Shown: positions 1 to 12,756, counted from the first letter of the stretch. The stretch: 64,000 nt of DNA from Leucoraja ocellata (GCA_036785375.1 JAWMAR010000167.1:5208001-5272000); one strand, 5' to 3'. Translations and numbers: made by a program. The notes: generated from the sequence alone by a model not told the origin.

Positions 1-26
1 AGTTAAACTGAATCCTTCTATAGTAA

Positions 27-242
27 TGCCCCTGTCCCACTTAGGAAACCTGAACGGAAACCTCTGGAGACTTTGCGCCCCACCCAAGGTTTCCGTGCAG
101 TTCTCGGAGGTACCCGGAGGTTTTTGTCAGTCTCCCTACCTGCTTCCACTACCTGCAACCTCCGGGAACCGCACGGAAACCTTGGGTAGGGCGCAAAGTC
201 TACAGAGGATTCCGTTCAGGTTTCCAAAGTGGGACAGGGGCA
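27..242. mobile_element. PIF/Harbinger-like non-autonomous MITE (216 bp)
   Basis: Long TIRs tgcccctgtcccacttaggaaacctgaacggaa / ttccgttcaggtttccaaagtgggacaggggca; flanked by TAA and TTA. Confidence 0.75.
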
Positions 243-1283
243 TTAGTGTCCTAAGAATTCAAGGCAGAGTTAGTTCAATTCCTGAAGAAAGCCACGACAA
301 ATTCCTGGGTAATGCCTTTCATTTATAATGTGACCCATACCAGTTTGTGAAGACAATTCCTGAGGTTCTGCCCAAATATAACTGCAAGTTGCTGTCTCTG
401 TATCATCCCAGGCAGAGCTCGCGTCTGCTTGGTTTTAGATCTAGATTTTTGACCAATTTGGATTCTTGGAAGAGTTCTAATGAATATGTGCCAGGTAGTA
501 AATCAAAATGCCCCTTCCAATGGCCACTGGGGTGAATAATTGTAAATGCACTATAAGGAATACTTAAAATGACATCAACCACCCTTCATAAACCCTTTTT
601 AAGCCCAGCTGAAAGAGCAAAATTAATATCTCATCTGAAAGACAGGATTTCTGACACTCCCTTGGCATTAGATATTTATGCTTGAGTCATTGGGAATAGA
701 AGCTGAACTCATAGCCATGTGACTGAAGCCTGCAGTAGCCCTTTGTCTGTGATAATTCATCAGTCCTGTTCTGGTAAACAGTCTAACACGCTTCCTATTT
801 TTCTCCATCGGCAGGGCCACACTGTTAAACCGGGCGTGAAGCAGCCACGTTGTGCACACAGGACCCCGCAAATCATTTGCACTGCATCCGATTTTCGCTC
901 CGTTTGGAAGAGAAGAGACTTGGTTTGGTCACTTGCTTTAAATTTGTAAATTTGGTTTAGATTCGGATTCGGATCGTGACTGTACAGAGAGAAAGAGGCC
1001 AACTCTAGGGGCTTTGGTCCCACTGGCTGGGATAAGTTTATTCAATGCCTTTTACAGCAGACAATGTGCTATGACTTAAAGTCACTTGTAAAATAATTGG
1101 AAGACTACGAGAAGGAAGAAGACTGACTTTTGCCACGGGGCTGGACCCTTTAATAAAGAGAAGCATCACGGGAGATCCCTGGCTGCTGTTTCTATGGATA
1201 CTGGTAGAAATAGGACAATGGCAGCCTATGAGAAATTCCTACTACTGTCAATTCATCCTTTGTTTTGTGACAACTTGCTGCTT

Positions 1284-1289
<6 letters not shown>

Positions 1290-1314
<25 letters not shown>

Positions 1315-1350
1315 CGTGCGAGTGAGAGAGAGAGTGGGAGATAGAGTGAG
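1290..1350. repeat. (GT)n/(GA)n compound microsatellite
   Basis: Read directly. Confidence 0.9.
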
Positions 1351-4294
1351 TTACGGGTATAAACAGAACAGAAGGGACTATATTGCACCAGCCCAGAATC
1401 CTGCTGAACCTATGTCAGGGTCCAAGGCAGAGCATTGATCATCCAACATGGAGAATGTAAGGGTGTTTGTAGACTGCATCTTATAGACAGACCATTTTAT
1501 AAAGCAACTCCTGTATGCTGCCTATTCAGAATGTGCAGATTTATTTAATGTTGTGAACTATAACTCATAGTTTTCATTGCTCTTATGGATTGAAGAATAT
1601 TTATTTTGTGCACCAACAACGTCCCACTTTACGCACAGTAAAATGAAGGACTCATTTTCTGCCCGAATGCGTAGATGGTTCGGTAACACCTAAAACCCGT
1701 CAGTCACAAGAACGAGGCGATCCACGACTTTGCCATACTGCGGTGAATCGACAACAAACACTGCCTCTCCAACTCAACCCCATCTTACAACGGTTTACCT
1801 CGTCCATAAAAGCATTCATTCAAGGCAACCTTACAAAAATGTTCAAGTTGAAAGTGCCTGACTTGCTGAGTATCTTCTACATCTTCTGGTTCTCATGTTA
1901 ACACCAAACTGTTATTTGATGTTGGCTTAGCTCGTAAAGATTAAAAGTGCCTAAATACTATATAAGATGCCCCCCACCCCCCTCAAAAAAAAATCTAAAG
2001 CTGGTCTCACTCTGCCAGACCCCACACCAGGGATCAGTGCACGATAATCAGTCAGGTACTGATCGTGTCTCATCTGTATTATTGTGCATGGGTTGTTGTG
2101 GGTGGAGGCCTATAAATACACAGTGGACAGCAACCACTGTGCACCTATCTCCAGCATTAGATAGAAAGTTAAACTTGTCAACCTTGGGCGAAACCCATCC
2201 TAGTTATCCCTCATAGTTTGCAAAGCAGGTCCAGGATGGGTTTTGTGCAAAGGGTGTGTTAAACTGCTCAAAGGAGAAGCAGGACCCAGCTATCGTTAGC
2301 CTGGTATTCAATAGGGAACATTATTGCTGTGGCTCTAGTGGGCAGATAATGAAAGGGCAACCTGTGAGATGTCCATTCCACCAACACAACTGATGCATGG
2401 TTGATAAATGAATGGTCAGAGCAAACGTAATTAGTATAGATGATTTAGATATACTAAACTCGTATAAATGGTTACGATAGTTGGCAGGGACATTGTAGGC
2501 TGAAGAGCTTGTTCCTGTGTTCTATGGCCTACACTCCTTATAGAAGTGGATGGGACATGAACCAGCTCCAATATAACACTGCATCATTCTGGTGCCCAGG
2601 GCTGGCAAAGTGTTTCTCTCTTTACATCGGGTAAAGGATGGGTTCCTGGCAGTGTTCCCAGAGCAGGATAGTCAAACTGGGTCGAACTATAATCCCAGGC
2701 TCTGCTCTAACTAAATCTGTGAAAAGGCTTTGGATACTTCACAGACTTCCACAAGCAGGCTAAGAGATTCCCGCTCCCACAGAATATGGTTTGTGATAAT
2801 CTCACTCTCCCTCCCGAGAATCCCATGGAAACTAAATCAGGACAGTGGGAGCTCTAATTATTGTACAACCACAGCATAACCTTTCTTTTAGACTCTCACA
2901 TTAAACACAGTTTGGTCATGAGACAGAGAAAGAACAAGCTATTTACGTACTTTTGTAGTGCATTCACTGGTGCAAAGTGGTTAACAAAATGCCACGAATC
3001 TTTCATCTGAAACATGTACAAAAAATGGTGAAAATCCTCAGCAGGTCAGGCAGCATCTATGAGCAGAGAAAAAGAGTTAGTATTTCAGGTCGAAGACTCT
3101 TCATCAAAGAGTTGATGAAAAGTCACTTTCACTTTCGTTGGGGGTTCCTTAACCTGTTGTTTGCCTGGATGATTTAGGCCCAAAGTGCTCATTCTAACTA
3201 CATGCCGGTCCCACATTGTGTAATTCCTTTACCCTCCCCCTGACACATCCATTGTTACTGTGGGTATGGGATGGCCACTACTGTCATTAAAAGCTGTTCC
3301 TTCCCCATAGTCATCAATAAATACACTGACATCACACTTATACCTTTAATGAACAACAAGAAACAACAAAAAATTTGTTAGCAAGGCAATCCTCATGTGG
3401 GCTAAAGCGCATTGGATTTAGTTACATGTTCAACGGCAGGAAGGTTTGCGTTCCAATTAGATCAAAGAGCATTCATCCTTATTCACTGTGACATATAACC
3501 CATTTGCGTCACTGGTTGGTGCAGTGCCGCTGATATACACCTCACCTTGCCAGACCCCGGGACCCCCGAGTATTTACCTGAAACGTACATAAACATTGCT
3601 GAAGGAAGTGACAGCTGCATGCTTTTTAATCTTTACAAGGACAGGGCTTTTGTCTGGATTTATTGACTCATGGCACCTAGAGAGATCATCGCGTGCAGCC
3701 AAGGACAAGAAATTATTCAACAAATCCTCCAGGCATTTTCTGAAGCTCACCATGTGCATTTATAATTTTGAAAGAAAATTTAACAACCTCGTTCTGAGAC
3801 GCTGCTCGTGTTGAAGTGGGAACAGCATCTAAATCGATCGAGTAAACGGCAGCTCCTTCTTAGAAACTGACTCGGGTCGGGTGCGTGGGCAAAAATAGTT
3901 TGTGGGTTCCTGCATTGTGAGCAAGGGACCGATGCAACGGCACTTGCAAGCAGATCAGAAAGCACTGGCTTCAGTCTCACCTGACCAGAAGGCTATCACA
4001 GAAACCACACCAGTATCAACACAGCTCCCTCTTGTATCTATCCAGCAACTTAAAGCAAGCTCAAATCTCTATATATGCCTCCTCCCTTGAAAGGATAACA
4101 ACATCCTTCACTTCCTTGCATGGGAGACAATTCACACCCTCCCCAAAGAATGTCAGGCCTGAAAATGAATCTTTTATTTTATCCCCTCCCCCCCTCTGGA
4201 GGGTTTATGTGTTCAAAAGCATTGAATGCATCATGCAACAGTCTCAATGTTTTAATTGTTTGGTTTTGGTTTTTATAAAGATACAAACACAAAA

Positions 4295-4350
4295 AATAAA
4301 TTATGTGAAAATCAGACGCATGTGGCTGTTTCGTTTTATTTTTTCTTTCC
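4295..4350 (+). terminator. Polyadenylation site of an unidentified plus-strand gene ending near the window start
   Basis: U-rich upstream element, AATAAA at 4295-4300, CA ~13-20 nt later, then GU/U-rich downstream element (tgtggctgtttcgttttattttttc). Confidence 0.45.
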
Positions 4351-5000
4351 ACTACAAATTTCCAATTGCTCATTTTATGTTTGTTCCGTTAAGAAAGTGC
4401 TTGGAGATTATCTGGCAGTGAGAGGCGCCTTTGTCTTGGGAAGGGAAGGGTGGACTGGAAAACTCAACGCATTGCAACGGTTCTTCCCCAATAAGGCATG
4501 CGATGAGAGATGGACTTGTTTCCAATCCACCACCACAGATGAGGCATCAAAAGCCTCATGTTTCTGTCCAAGAATACTCTTCACACTCACTGAATGAATT
4601 GTGGTTGTGATGATAGTCAGTTCATGTTACAACAACAACAAGTTACATTGAAGTGGCACCTTCTGTAGAAGATCAAACGATATTCAACACTTAGCCATGC
4701 AGGGATTGGAGATCAAAATAACAGTCATTGGCATCATATATATATATTTTTAAATTATTTTTATTAGAAGCAAATGTACAAAGATAAAACATTCGACATC
4801 TATGATTATACAATTATTGTACAGCTTCATTTTTAACCTTGTAATCTGAAAATGAAAAAAGAAAAAAAGAGGAAAAAGTGAGAAGTGAAAAGATAGCTTG
4901 AAAAAGCACAAAGAAACTAACCCTAGTAGTGTGGCTGGAAAAAAACTAATGGTAGAAGAAAAGAAAAAGAAAAGTGGAGATATACCTGCCCCTCGCCTCT

Positions 5001-5031
<31 letters not shown>

Positions 5032-6592
5032 CTCCATGCCCACCTCACCCGGCCCAAAATCGGATTTAAATTTGGACTTGTGTTGTGCCATGCTATTCTT
5101 GTAAGAATATTCGTTTTTATCCTTCTACATTTTTATTGATTTTTAAGAGATATATACAAAACAGTGCGACACCATCACCATAAATAAAACAAAGTAAGAA
5201 AAACAGCAATCAAAATTAAAAAATAAGTAGATAGGGGAAAAAAAAGTAGTAAATAAACAAAAGAAAATGGAATAAGACCGTGTGGTTCACTTACCAAATT
5301 AAAAAAAGAAAAAAACATTACATTGATTAGTTATCTGGAGATAATTCAATATTCTTAAGAATATTCTTGGCATCTATATTAAACAGTGCCCTGAACGAGA
5401 TGGAGATGCTGGGAGATGTGAAGGGTGGTGGTTTGGGTGAGATGATCTCCAGAACTTATTCTTGGCCCCAGATGATATAAGAACAGAACAAATGCAAGAC
5501 CCCAGAACTGGAGACGTTCAGAGATCAGGGGTTTGTGGACTGGAGGAGGTCATCGGGGAAGAGCAGGATCCATAGAGGAACTTGAAAACAAAGGTGTGAC
5601 TTTTCAAGTCCAACTGATTGTCCATGAGGAGTGAACACCAAAAGAATGTAAAGGCCACTAGTCAAACGCCTTTACTGAAAAAAAATATCAAGTGTGTCCA
5701 TCTTTTTAGTTTAAAATGTAAACGTTATTCATAAAATGTACAAGGAACGCACAACAATACATGGCTTTATTTACATTATAGTATCGACCAGTCTATGCAT
5801 ACACAGTGTTATGAGGTTGGAACATTTGTAGCTTTGATACATTCTACATACAAGGTATCACGTGGCCTCTTTGGATGATTTCATTAGGCCTTAGTCCCTC
5901 AATTCCCTGAAGTTCCTTGCCCAACCCACCCTTTCATACACATGGCTCTGAGATTTTCTCATCATTTTTCCCTTCATTTTTTAGCCCACTTTGCCACGGT
6001 TGTCTTTCTGTTGCTTCTCCCAAGCTGCCGTCTGACAGCTCTCTCAAGAGTAAAGAGTATTTAATTGTCTCATGTACCAGCAACAGAACAGTGACATTCT
6101 GGGACATATTGCCATTATTGGGCCATTCAGCCATGAGGTCTCGAAAGATCCAAGACCTAACTCCAGTTACATGTCTTTCCCCCCAAACACTTTAGTTTGT
6201 TAAGTTTACAAAAATCCCTAGTGTAAATTACCAATTGCCTTTGTAAAAGTATGGTCTGAATATCTGGCATGTTCCATGTGGAGGAGTGTTTCTCAACTTC
6301 ACTCCCAAAAATGCTGGCTCTAACCTTTGAGTTTATTTACAAGACTCATGTACTCTTTTCATATTTTGAAAACAGCAATCAAGAAACCTTCTAAATCCCA
6401 GAGAAAACAACTCCATGTTCCAATAATCACTCCCTGTGATTTAATTATTGAGTCACATAATCTTGCTGATAAATTGATACTACATTCCCTCCAAGGTCAG
6501 TATAACCTTCCAAAGGCAAGGTGCCCGGAGCAGCTCAATGCGGGAAGAACCCCCACTCTGTAGCATGCTTCCCAGTCTGACAGTCCTTCCTT

Positions 6593-6763
6593 TAGACACA
6601 AAATGCTGGAGTAACTCAGCGGGACAGGCAACATCTCTGGAGAGAAGGAATGGGTGACGTTTCGGGTCGAGACCCTTCTTCAGACTGCTGCCTGTCCCGC
6701 TGAGTTACTCCAGCATTTTGTGCCTATCTTTGGTTTAAACCAGGATCTGCAGTTCCTTCTTAC
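6593..6763. mobile_element. Penelope-derived fold-back short retroelement with hammerhead-like core (minus strand, 6656-6683)
   Basis: Family consensus agacacaaaatgctggagtaactcagcgggacaggc...gacgtttcgggtcgagacccttcttcagact plus a partial inverted arm; flanking duplication acagtccttc. Confidence 0.75.
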
Positions 6764-7039
6764 AGTCCTTCATTCATTTTGCTTTCAGTATACCTAAACA
6801 GCTGTTCTTCATGACCCTCAAATGTGTTCTGTCTTTCTGTTATATTTCCCTCCAACTGTTAACAGTTCCCTTTCTGCCTGTCTCTCCTGCACTCTTTCTT
6901 TGGAAAAAAACACTCAGGCACTTATATTGTGAGAGGCCATAGCTTTAAGTTTAGTTGGTATAGTGAATTGCTTTTGTTGTGTGCTAACCAGTCAGCGGAA
7001 AGACAATACATAATTACAAGTACATGATTTAAGTCAGTT

Positions 7040-7730
7040 GAAGGATGCATTCTGCGTAAATAGGGTGCCCTGCATATTTAAACTGTGTTCCTCTAGCTTA
7101 ACACTATGCCCTCTTGTGGTTGTATTTCTCATTCTTGGGAAACGTTTCCATCCTGGGTTCTGACTGTCTTCCCTTCCTGATGACTCGCATAATTTTATAT
7201 GCTTCTGTCAGGTCTTCATACCATCATTGACGTCCCAGATAAAACAATCTGTCACACCTCTCCCTGTAGTTAAAACCTCCCTAATCCAGGCATTATTCTG
7301 GTAAATCTCCTCTGCGTCCTTTCTAAAGCTGCCACATCCTCCCTGCAATGGGGAGATCAGAATACCATGCAATACTCCAAAACGCAGCCTAGCCAAAGTC
7401 CAATAAAGATGTATCCCCTCAATCTCTGAAAGCAAGCGTACCATGCACCTTCTCTACCACTCTGTGTGTGTTGCCACTTTCAGGGAGTTATGGACTTGGA
7501 TCCCAAGATCCTTCTGGTCATCAATGCTGTTAAGTCATCCAATTAATTGTATATTTCCCTCTTACATTTGACCTCCTAAAGTGCACTACCTCAGATTTGC
7601 TCGGATTAAACTCCATCTGCCATTTCTCTGCCCATTTCTGTAGCTGATTTATATCCCGCGATTTATATACCTTGACAGCCTTCCCCAAACTTACTAACCA
7701 ACCCGTCTACATTTACGTCGAAGTCCTTAA
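7040..7730 (-). mobile_element. Decayed CR1-like LINE ORF2 fragment immediately upstream of the PLA2 gene
   Basis: Reverse strand contains degenerate ORF2-like motifs (tggcagatggagtttaatccgagcaaatctgagg; LYWTLARLRF). Confidence 0.55.
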
Positions 7731-8068
7731 TCATATATTCATTTTTCCTTTGTCTTCCTCTGTCTCGTTCTCCTCACTGGCCTCTGGCAGTTGTCTCCTG
7801 CACATCAGTGCATTCTAGAATCCCTTCTGTTTTGTACATACGCCTCCTCAACTGTCCTTCACTCTCTCGCCTCAGTATGAAGGAGGGGATAAAAACTCCC
7901 AGCAAGTGATTCCCACCTGATGGGGTTTAAGGGGGCCCTCTAGCTCCTCCAGGCCATGTGCAGGATTCCCGTTGGGAGCAGGGAATAGGAGGAGCCGGCA
8001 AGAACAGACTTGCATCTGCGCTGTTGGGAAGAGAGGAAAGGACAAGAGCGGAGACGGCTTGGCTTGCC

Positions 8069-8626
8069 ATGGATTGGGCAAGGCAGCCAGTTGTCTTCCA
8101 CCTCTTACTGCTGTGCCGGCTGATGCTGCTGCCGGCTGGGGAGAACATCTCGGTGGAGGACGGCAGCCTCCACCGCCACCACTTGGGCCGGAGGAGTGTG
8201 CTGGACATTGCCTTTGTCCTGTGGTGTTACCGCAACCGCTATCAGTTCTCCATCTACAACGTCAATGGCTACGGCTGCTACTGCGGCAAGGGAGGCGATG
8301 GCGTGCCGCTGGATGACTTTGACACCTGCTGCTTCCACCACGACTGCTGCTATGAGGCCGCGCTCCTCACCTCCTGCGGCAAGGGCACCAACATCTACCT
8401 GAAGCCCAGCTACGCCGTGTGCGAGGTGGGCAGGGCTGAGTGCCCGGAGGGCTTGCAGCCCTGCTCCAGCGACCTCTGCCTCTGCGACAAGCAGTTTGCC
8501 GAGTGCCTGGCCATCGCCACATACCAGGACCAGCACTCCAGCTATCAGCAGAAGTTCTGCACGGAACCCAAACGCAAATGTCCTGCCGAGGAGAAGATTG
8601 ATGTGGATCTGGACACCAAGAGATAG
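8069..8626 (+). CDS. Secreted phospholipase A2, group X-like, intronless CDS (185 aa prepro-protein)
   Basis: Kozak gccATGG; hydrophobic signal ([17 protein letters not shown]); propeptide ending RR|[11 protein letters not shown]; Ca2+ loop YGCYCGKGG; catalytic [11 protein letters not shown] (His48-Asp49-Tyr52 equivalents); [11 protein letters not shown] (Asp99 equivalent); 16 Cys in the mature region; strong GC3 bias versus flanks. Confidence 0.92.
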   Translation: MDWARQPVVFHLLLLCRLMLLPAGENISVEDGSLHRHHLGRRSVLDIAFVLWCYRNRYQFSIYNVNGYGCYCGKGGDGVPLDDFDTCCFHHDCCYEAALLTSCGKGTNIYLKPSYAVCEVGRAECPEGLQPCSSDLCLCDKQFAECLAIATYQDQHSSYQQKFCTEPKRKCPAEEKIDVDLDTKR

Positions 8627-10999
8627 GATGGGGGGGGGGGGGGTCCTCAGCACTGCCTCATTCCACAGTGGAAATTACATTATATTAATGTTAAAGCTAC
8701 AAACTTTATCCACGGCCTTGTTTGCCTCAATTTTGCGTTAGTGGAGTAGACCTGCTGTGGATGAGGGGAAGGGCTGGGTTTCTTGGGTGACCAAACCCCA
8801 ATTTTGTCCATGCCCCACTCTAGCCCAAGGAGGGTGTCCTTAGGCATGGCCTTGCCCACCAAAGACAACCATATCGGACGTTCAACCACGGCTTCATCTA
8901 TCTTCCTCCACCATGCTTCCCCTCTTCAGTGGCCAAGGTTATAGAGGAGGATTGTCAACAGCAAGCATTTTTACCTTAGTGAGCTGGGAAGGGGTGGGGT
9001 GGGCGGGGGAGGGGGGGGGGGGAGGGGGAGTTTGATATGGTTTATTGAGAGAGAGGAGAAATGCCAGAGATTTTCAACCTGCACTTGTGTATAATGGTGG
9101 CTTGAGTCAGGACTTGTGGATCTCGGAGCAAACTGAGTCCTGGTCACCTTCAGCGGAGCGCCACAGATACAGAGGCTTCCTTTCCAAAAGGCAGGCCTGT
9201 AGCTGGTGTTGTTACCGTTGCTGGGGCGAATTTAATAACACATCACAAGCTGGTAGCACGGGTACGGAGAGAGCAGCAACATAGCAACGGCGGGAGGAGT
9301 GAAGGCAGCAATAGCAACCCAGGAGTGGATCCCAGCAACACAAGGAAGCTGAGAACCAGCCTTGCCAGTCGGGAATTCAATGCAGAACAGGGTGCACTGG
9401 GAGGGATGAAGGAAGCTCACTGCCACTAGAAGCCAACTCGTTAAATGTCTGTGAGAAATGGAGGCAGGGATGTGACTTTAATCCATCCTCTGCCCCATGT
9501 GGGGAAGACAAGGCACAGGGTTGGCACTGCTGAAGGTGAATGGATTTGTCTTTGCTTTGACTAATTATCTTGCAATCAATGTTCATAGTTCTTCTCCCTT
9601 GGGGTGGGCAAAAGCTACTAATATTTAATGCTCCTCACACCTCTCTTTCCCACTGCTACACCTCCAGTGATGCAATTGGTTTAAATTGGTCAGACCATCC
9701 CAGGAGCGAAGGCATTTAATAGACTGGTTAAAAGAGACACAAAGGGATGGATTTACTCAGCGGGCCAGACAGCATCTCTGGAGTCAGGATCGTTCTTCAG
9801 ACTGATTGTAGTGGGAGGAGAAAGGTGCAAGATAGATGGTGGCATGACAAAGCCAGGCATGCGATAGGTGGATACTGTTCTGGGAGCTTCGATTGATTAG
9901 CACATTGCCAAATGTGAGAGATGAAAAGACAAAAGATAGAGACAAGGAGAGAAGAGGTATGAAATGTGAAGCGAGATGAAAGGATAGAGGTGGAAGGGTA
10001 TTTTCACCGGGGGATTGGGAAAGGGCAGGATTGTGGAAAAATGTCTATCCAGGTGAGGCACAGCGAAGAGAGGAGTTGACCATCTTCCTCTATAACCGAG
10101 GCCACTGAGGAGGGAGACAATGTTGGTAAAGGAATGATGAAGACTTGGTTGAATGTGGCATTTGGTTGTCTTTGGTGGGCAATGGTTCCTGTGGGTAAAC
10201 CTCTCTACTTGCTGGTTCGATGGTGGTGCAAAGACATTAACAGAACCTGGGCTGAAATCTTCCTATTAAAAGGCGTGAAGCGGTCTTGCTCAAAATCATC
10301 AAAGTGTTTATTACAGACTGCACACAACTTCATCCAATGTGGACGCTGTGGCAGTAACAAGCTCAAAGACTGAATGTGCTTCAGATTTGCACAGTGAGCT
10401 TGCTAACTGAGATTAAAATCTGGTTCAGTGATAAACCAGCTGCATAAATCCGTCTCATTCATTCCAACAGTCAGTGACTGGAGGGGAGCACAGAGACGAG
10501 AGACCACCAAATGGGTGGTGAAGATGGGGGGATTGTATTTTCCTGTTGGTTGCTCACTCCTGCCCTATCTCCTCTCACTCGCTCTCACTCTCCCTATCCC
10601 ACATGCTCTGATATTCACTTCACTACCTCCCTCCCACCCACACAAAGCCTGTGCTGCATTGCTACATGAATTACAAAGAGCCATCTGATGTGTAGTATGT
10701 TGGCTTCTGGTAACCATATGGTATTTAGATCTGAATAATATTGAGATAGAAGTGGTCCAACCCAACATGTCACCTGTCCATTCCCTCCACAGAACTACCT
10801 AACCTGCAGAGTTACTTCGGTATTTTGTCAAAGTCAAAGTATCCTTTATTGTCATTCAGACCCTTCGGTCTGAACGGAATTTCATTTAACATGATCAGGA
10901 AACCTGACTTCTCATCTCAAAATCAGGGTAATGTAGTGGAAAATATCCATTGTAAAACCTTGTGGTATCGAGTTCATGTAAAAAATACTAGAATAATAT

Positions 11000-11720
11000 G
11001 GTGGGACAGTGGTGTACTGGCACAGAGTGCCAGAGACTCAGGTTCAATCCTGACCCCCCAGAGCTGTGTGTGTGAAGTTTGTATATTGTCCCTGTGACCG
11101 GGTGGGGTTTTTTCCAGATCCTAAAGACATGCGTGTTTATGGGTTAATTGGTCTCTGTACAAATTCCCTCTATTATGCAGGGAGTGGATTAACTCTAGAG
11201 CAGGTGTAAACAGGTGATCGATGATCGACAGGGACTTGGTGGGCCGAGAGGGATTGCTTCTCAGCTGTATCTCTAAACTATCATTGTATGGCAGAGTGGT
11301 GCAGCTAGTACAGCTGGGTATGGGGTAAGAAGAAATGGTAAGTCATTTAGAAAGGAGACGAGGAAACACTTTTTCACAGAGAGTTGTGAGTCTGTGGAAT
11401 TCTCTGCCTCAGAGGGCGGTTCTCTGGATACTTTCAAGGGAGAGCTAGATAGGGCTCTTAAAGATAGCGGAGTCGGGGGATATGGGGAGAAGGCAGGAAC
11501 GGGGCACGGATTGGGAATGATCAGCCATGATCACATTGAATGGCGGTGCTGGCTCGAAGAGCCGAATGGCCTACTCCTGCACCTATTGTCTATTGTCTCA
11601 CACTGCCAGAGGCACAAGTTCAATCCTGACCTCCAGTGCTGTCTGTGCGGAGTTTGCATGTTCTCCCTGTGACCGGGGGTAGGTTTCCGCTGGGTGCTGC
11701 AGTTTCTTCCCACACCCTCC
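11000..11720 (+). mobile_element. Two tRNA-derived SINEs, the second split by a CR1-like LINE 3' end (~11338-11597)
   Basis: SINE core motifs (ggttcaatcctgacc, gagtttgcatgttctccctgtgacc); CR1-type tail gatcagccatgatcacattgaatggcggtgctggctcgaag...ctactcctgcacc. Confidence 0.7.
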
Positions 11721-12436
11721 CACATAATTTAAGGTGGCTGACACACCTGCCAACCTGCAGAGTTACTTCAGTATTTGCCAACCTGCAGGTGAGTCTGCAC
11801 GATACATTACCCTTGGTCTGGAGTTGAGTGGTAGAACCTGCAGCAACATTTGGGCAGAACATAATGGGGTTAGTGCAATCACGGGCACGGAATGGTCAGC
11901 GTGGACTCAGTTTGCTGAAGGTCCTGATTCTGTACTGTATGTCTTTATGACGATTTGAATTAAAAAGCTTGGCGTTGCTACAAGCTGTCAGAGTGTAATT
12001 AGCTGACAGCTGGTCGTCAAATGCTGTAAATCTGTTGTCCTCATCCCGTCTGGTCTCCATGGCACCACTCCCACTGCCCTCAGGGATGGTGCGCTGTCAT
12101 GCACGGCAAACCTGGGGCGGGCCACAAATGCAGGTCCTCCCAGCACGCTCACATCAGCATCATCGTACATGAAACAGCTCGGGTCCCTCAGTACCCGGCT
12201 ACAGTGCTCGAGTACATTACTGTGAAAATTCAATTATTTTTACATTGCTCGTCCAAAGTTGCACATCCTCCATCCTCCCTCTTCCACCTGATTGAAATCA
12301 GGATTCATCCGACAGTAAAAGGCACCACAAATGCAAGTTGCTGCTGCCTTTGTTTGTGGGACTTTATTGCACCCTGTACCCCTGAACCTGAGACTGCAGC
12401 GGTGAGTGTACTTCTGAAGCACTTAATCGCCTGCAA

Positions 12437-12756
12437 AACCCCTGTCCCACCGTACGAGTTCATTCCAAGAGCTCTCCCGAGTTTGCCCTGATTCGAACTC
12501 GGAGATTTACGGTAATGGCCACTCGTCGGTACTCGGGGCTCTCGTGGACATTTTTCATCATGTTGAAAAATCTTCACGAGTCTTCCCGTGCTTACCTGCC
12601 GTTAGCGAGTCTTCCCGAGTACCTGCCGTTAGCGCTAAGAGACGTCCCTGAGCTCCGACGTACCCGCTACGTTCATTCTCCGTCCTTACCACGAGTTTGA
12701 TTTTTTTTACACTCAGGAGAGCTCTTGGAATGAACTCGTACCGTGGGACAGGGCTA
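12437..12756. mobile_element. PIF/Harbinger-like MITE, second family (320 bp)
   Basis: ~38-bp TIRs ccctgtcccaccgtacgagttcattccaagagctctcc / ggagagctcttggaatgaactcgtaccgtgggacaggg; shares the terminal CCCTGTCCCAC with the 27-242 element; TTA on the right flank. Confidence 0.72.

Noticed and set aside
760-1023. Minus-strand ORF with PH-domain-like ending (SLLFQTERKSDAVQMI), and a VDRLVLVTD stretch near 1700-1760
   Set aside because: Invariant Trp absent, stop immediately upstream of the second piece, no coherent exon chain.
4750-5104. Poly-Pro / poly-Gly ORFs
   Set aside because: Produced by a poly-C homopolymer within A-rich, probably LINE-tail-derived sequence.
7958-8068. 37-aa N-terminal extension of the PLA2 ORF from a GTG start
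   Set aside because: Eukaryotic context; the ATG at 8069 has a strong Kozak sequence and is followed directly by the signal peptide.
7927-8741. Overlapping and antisense ORFs over PLA2 (e.g. 8105-8653 minus, 182 aa)
   Set aside because: Shadow ORFs caused by the high GC3 of the real CDS; no recognisable motifs.
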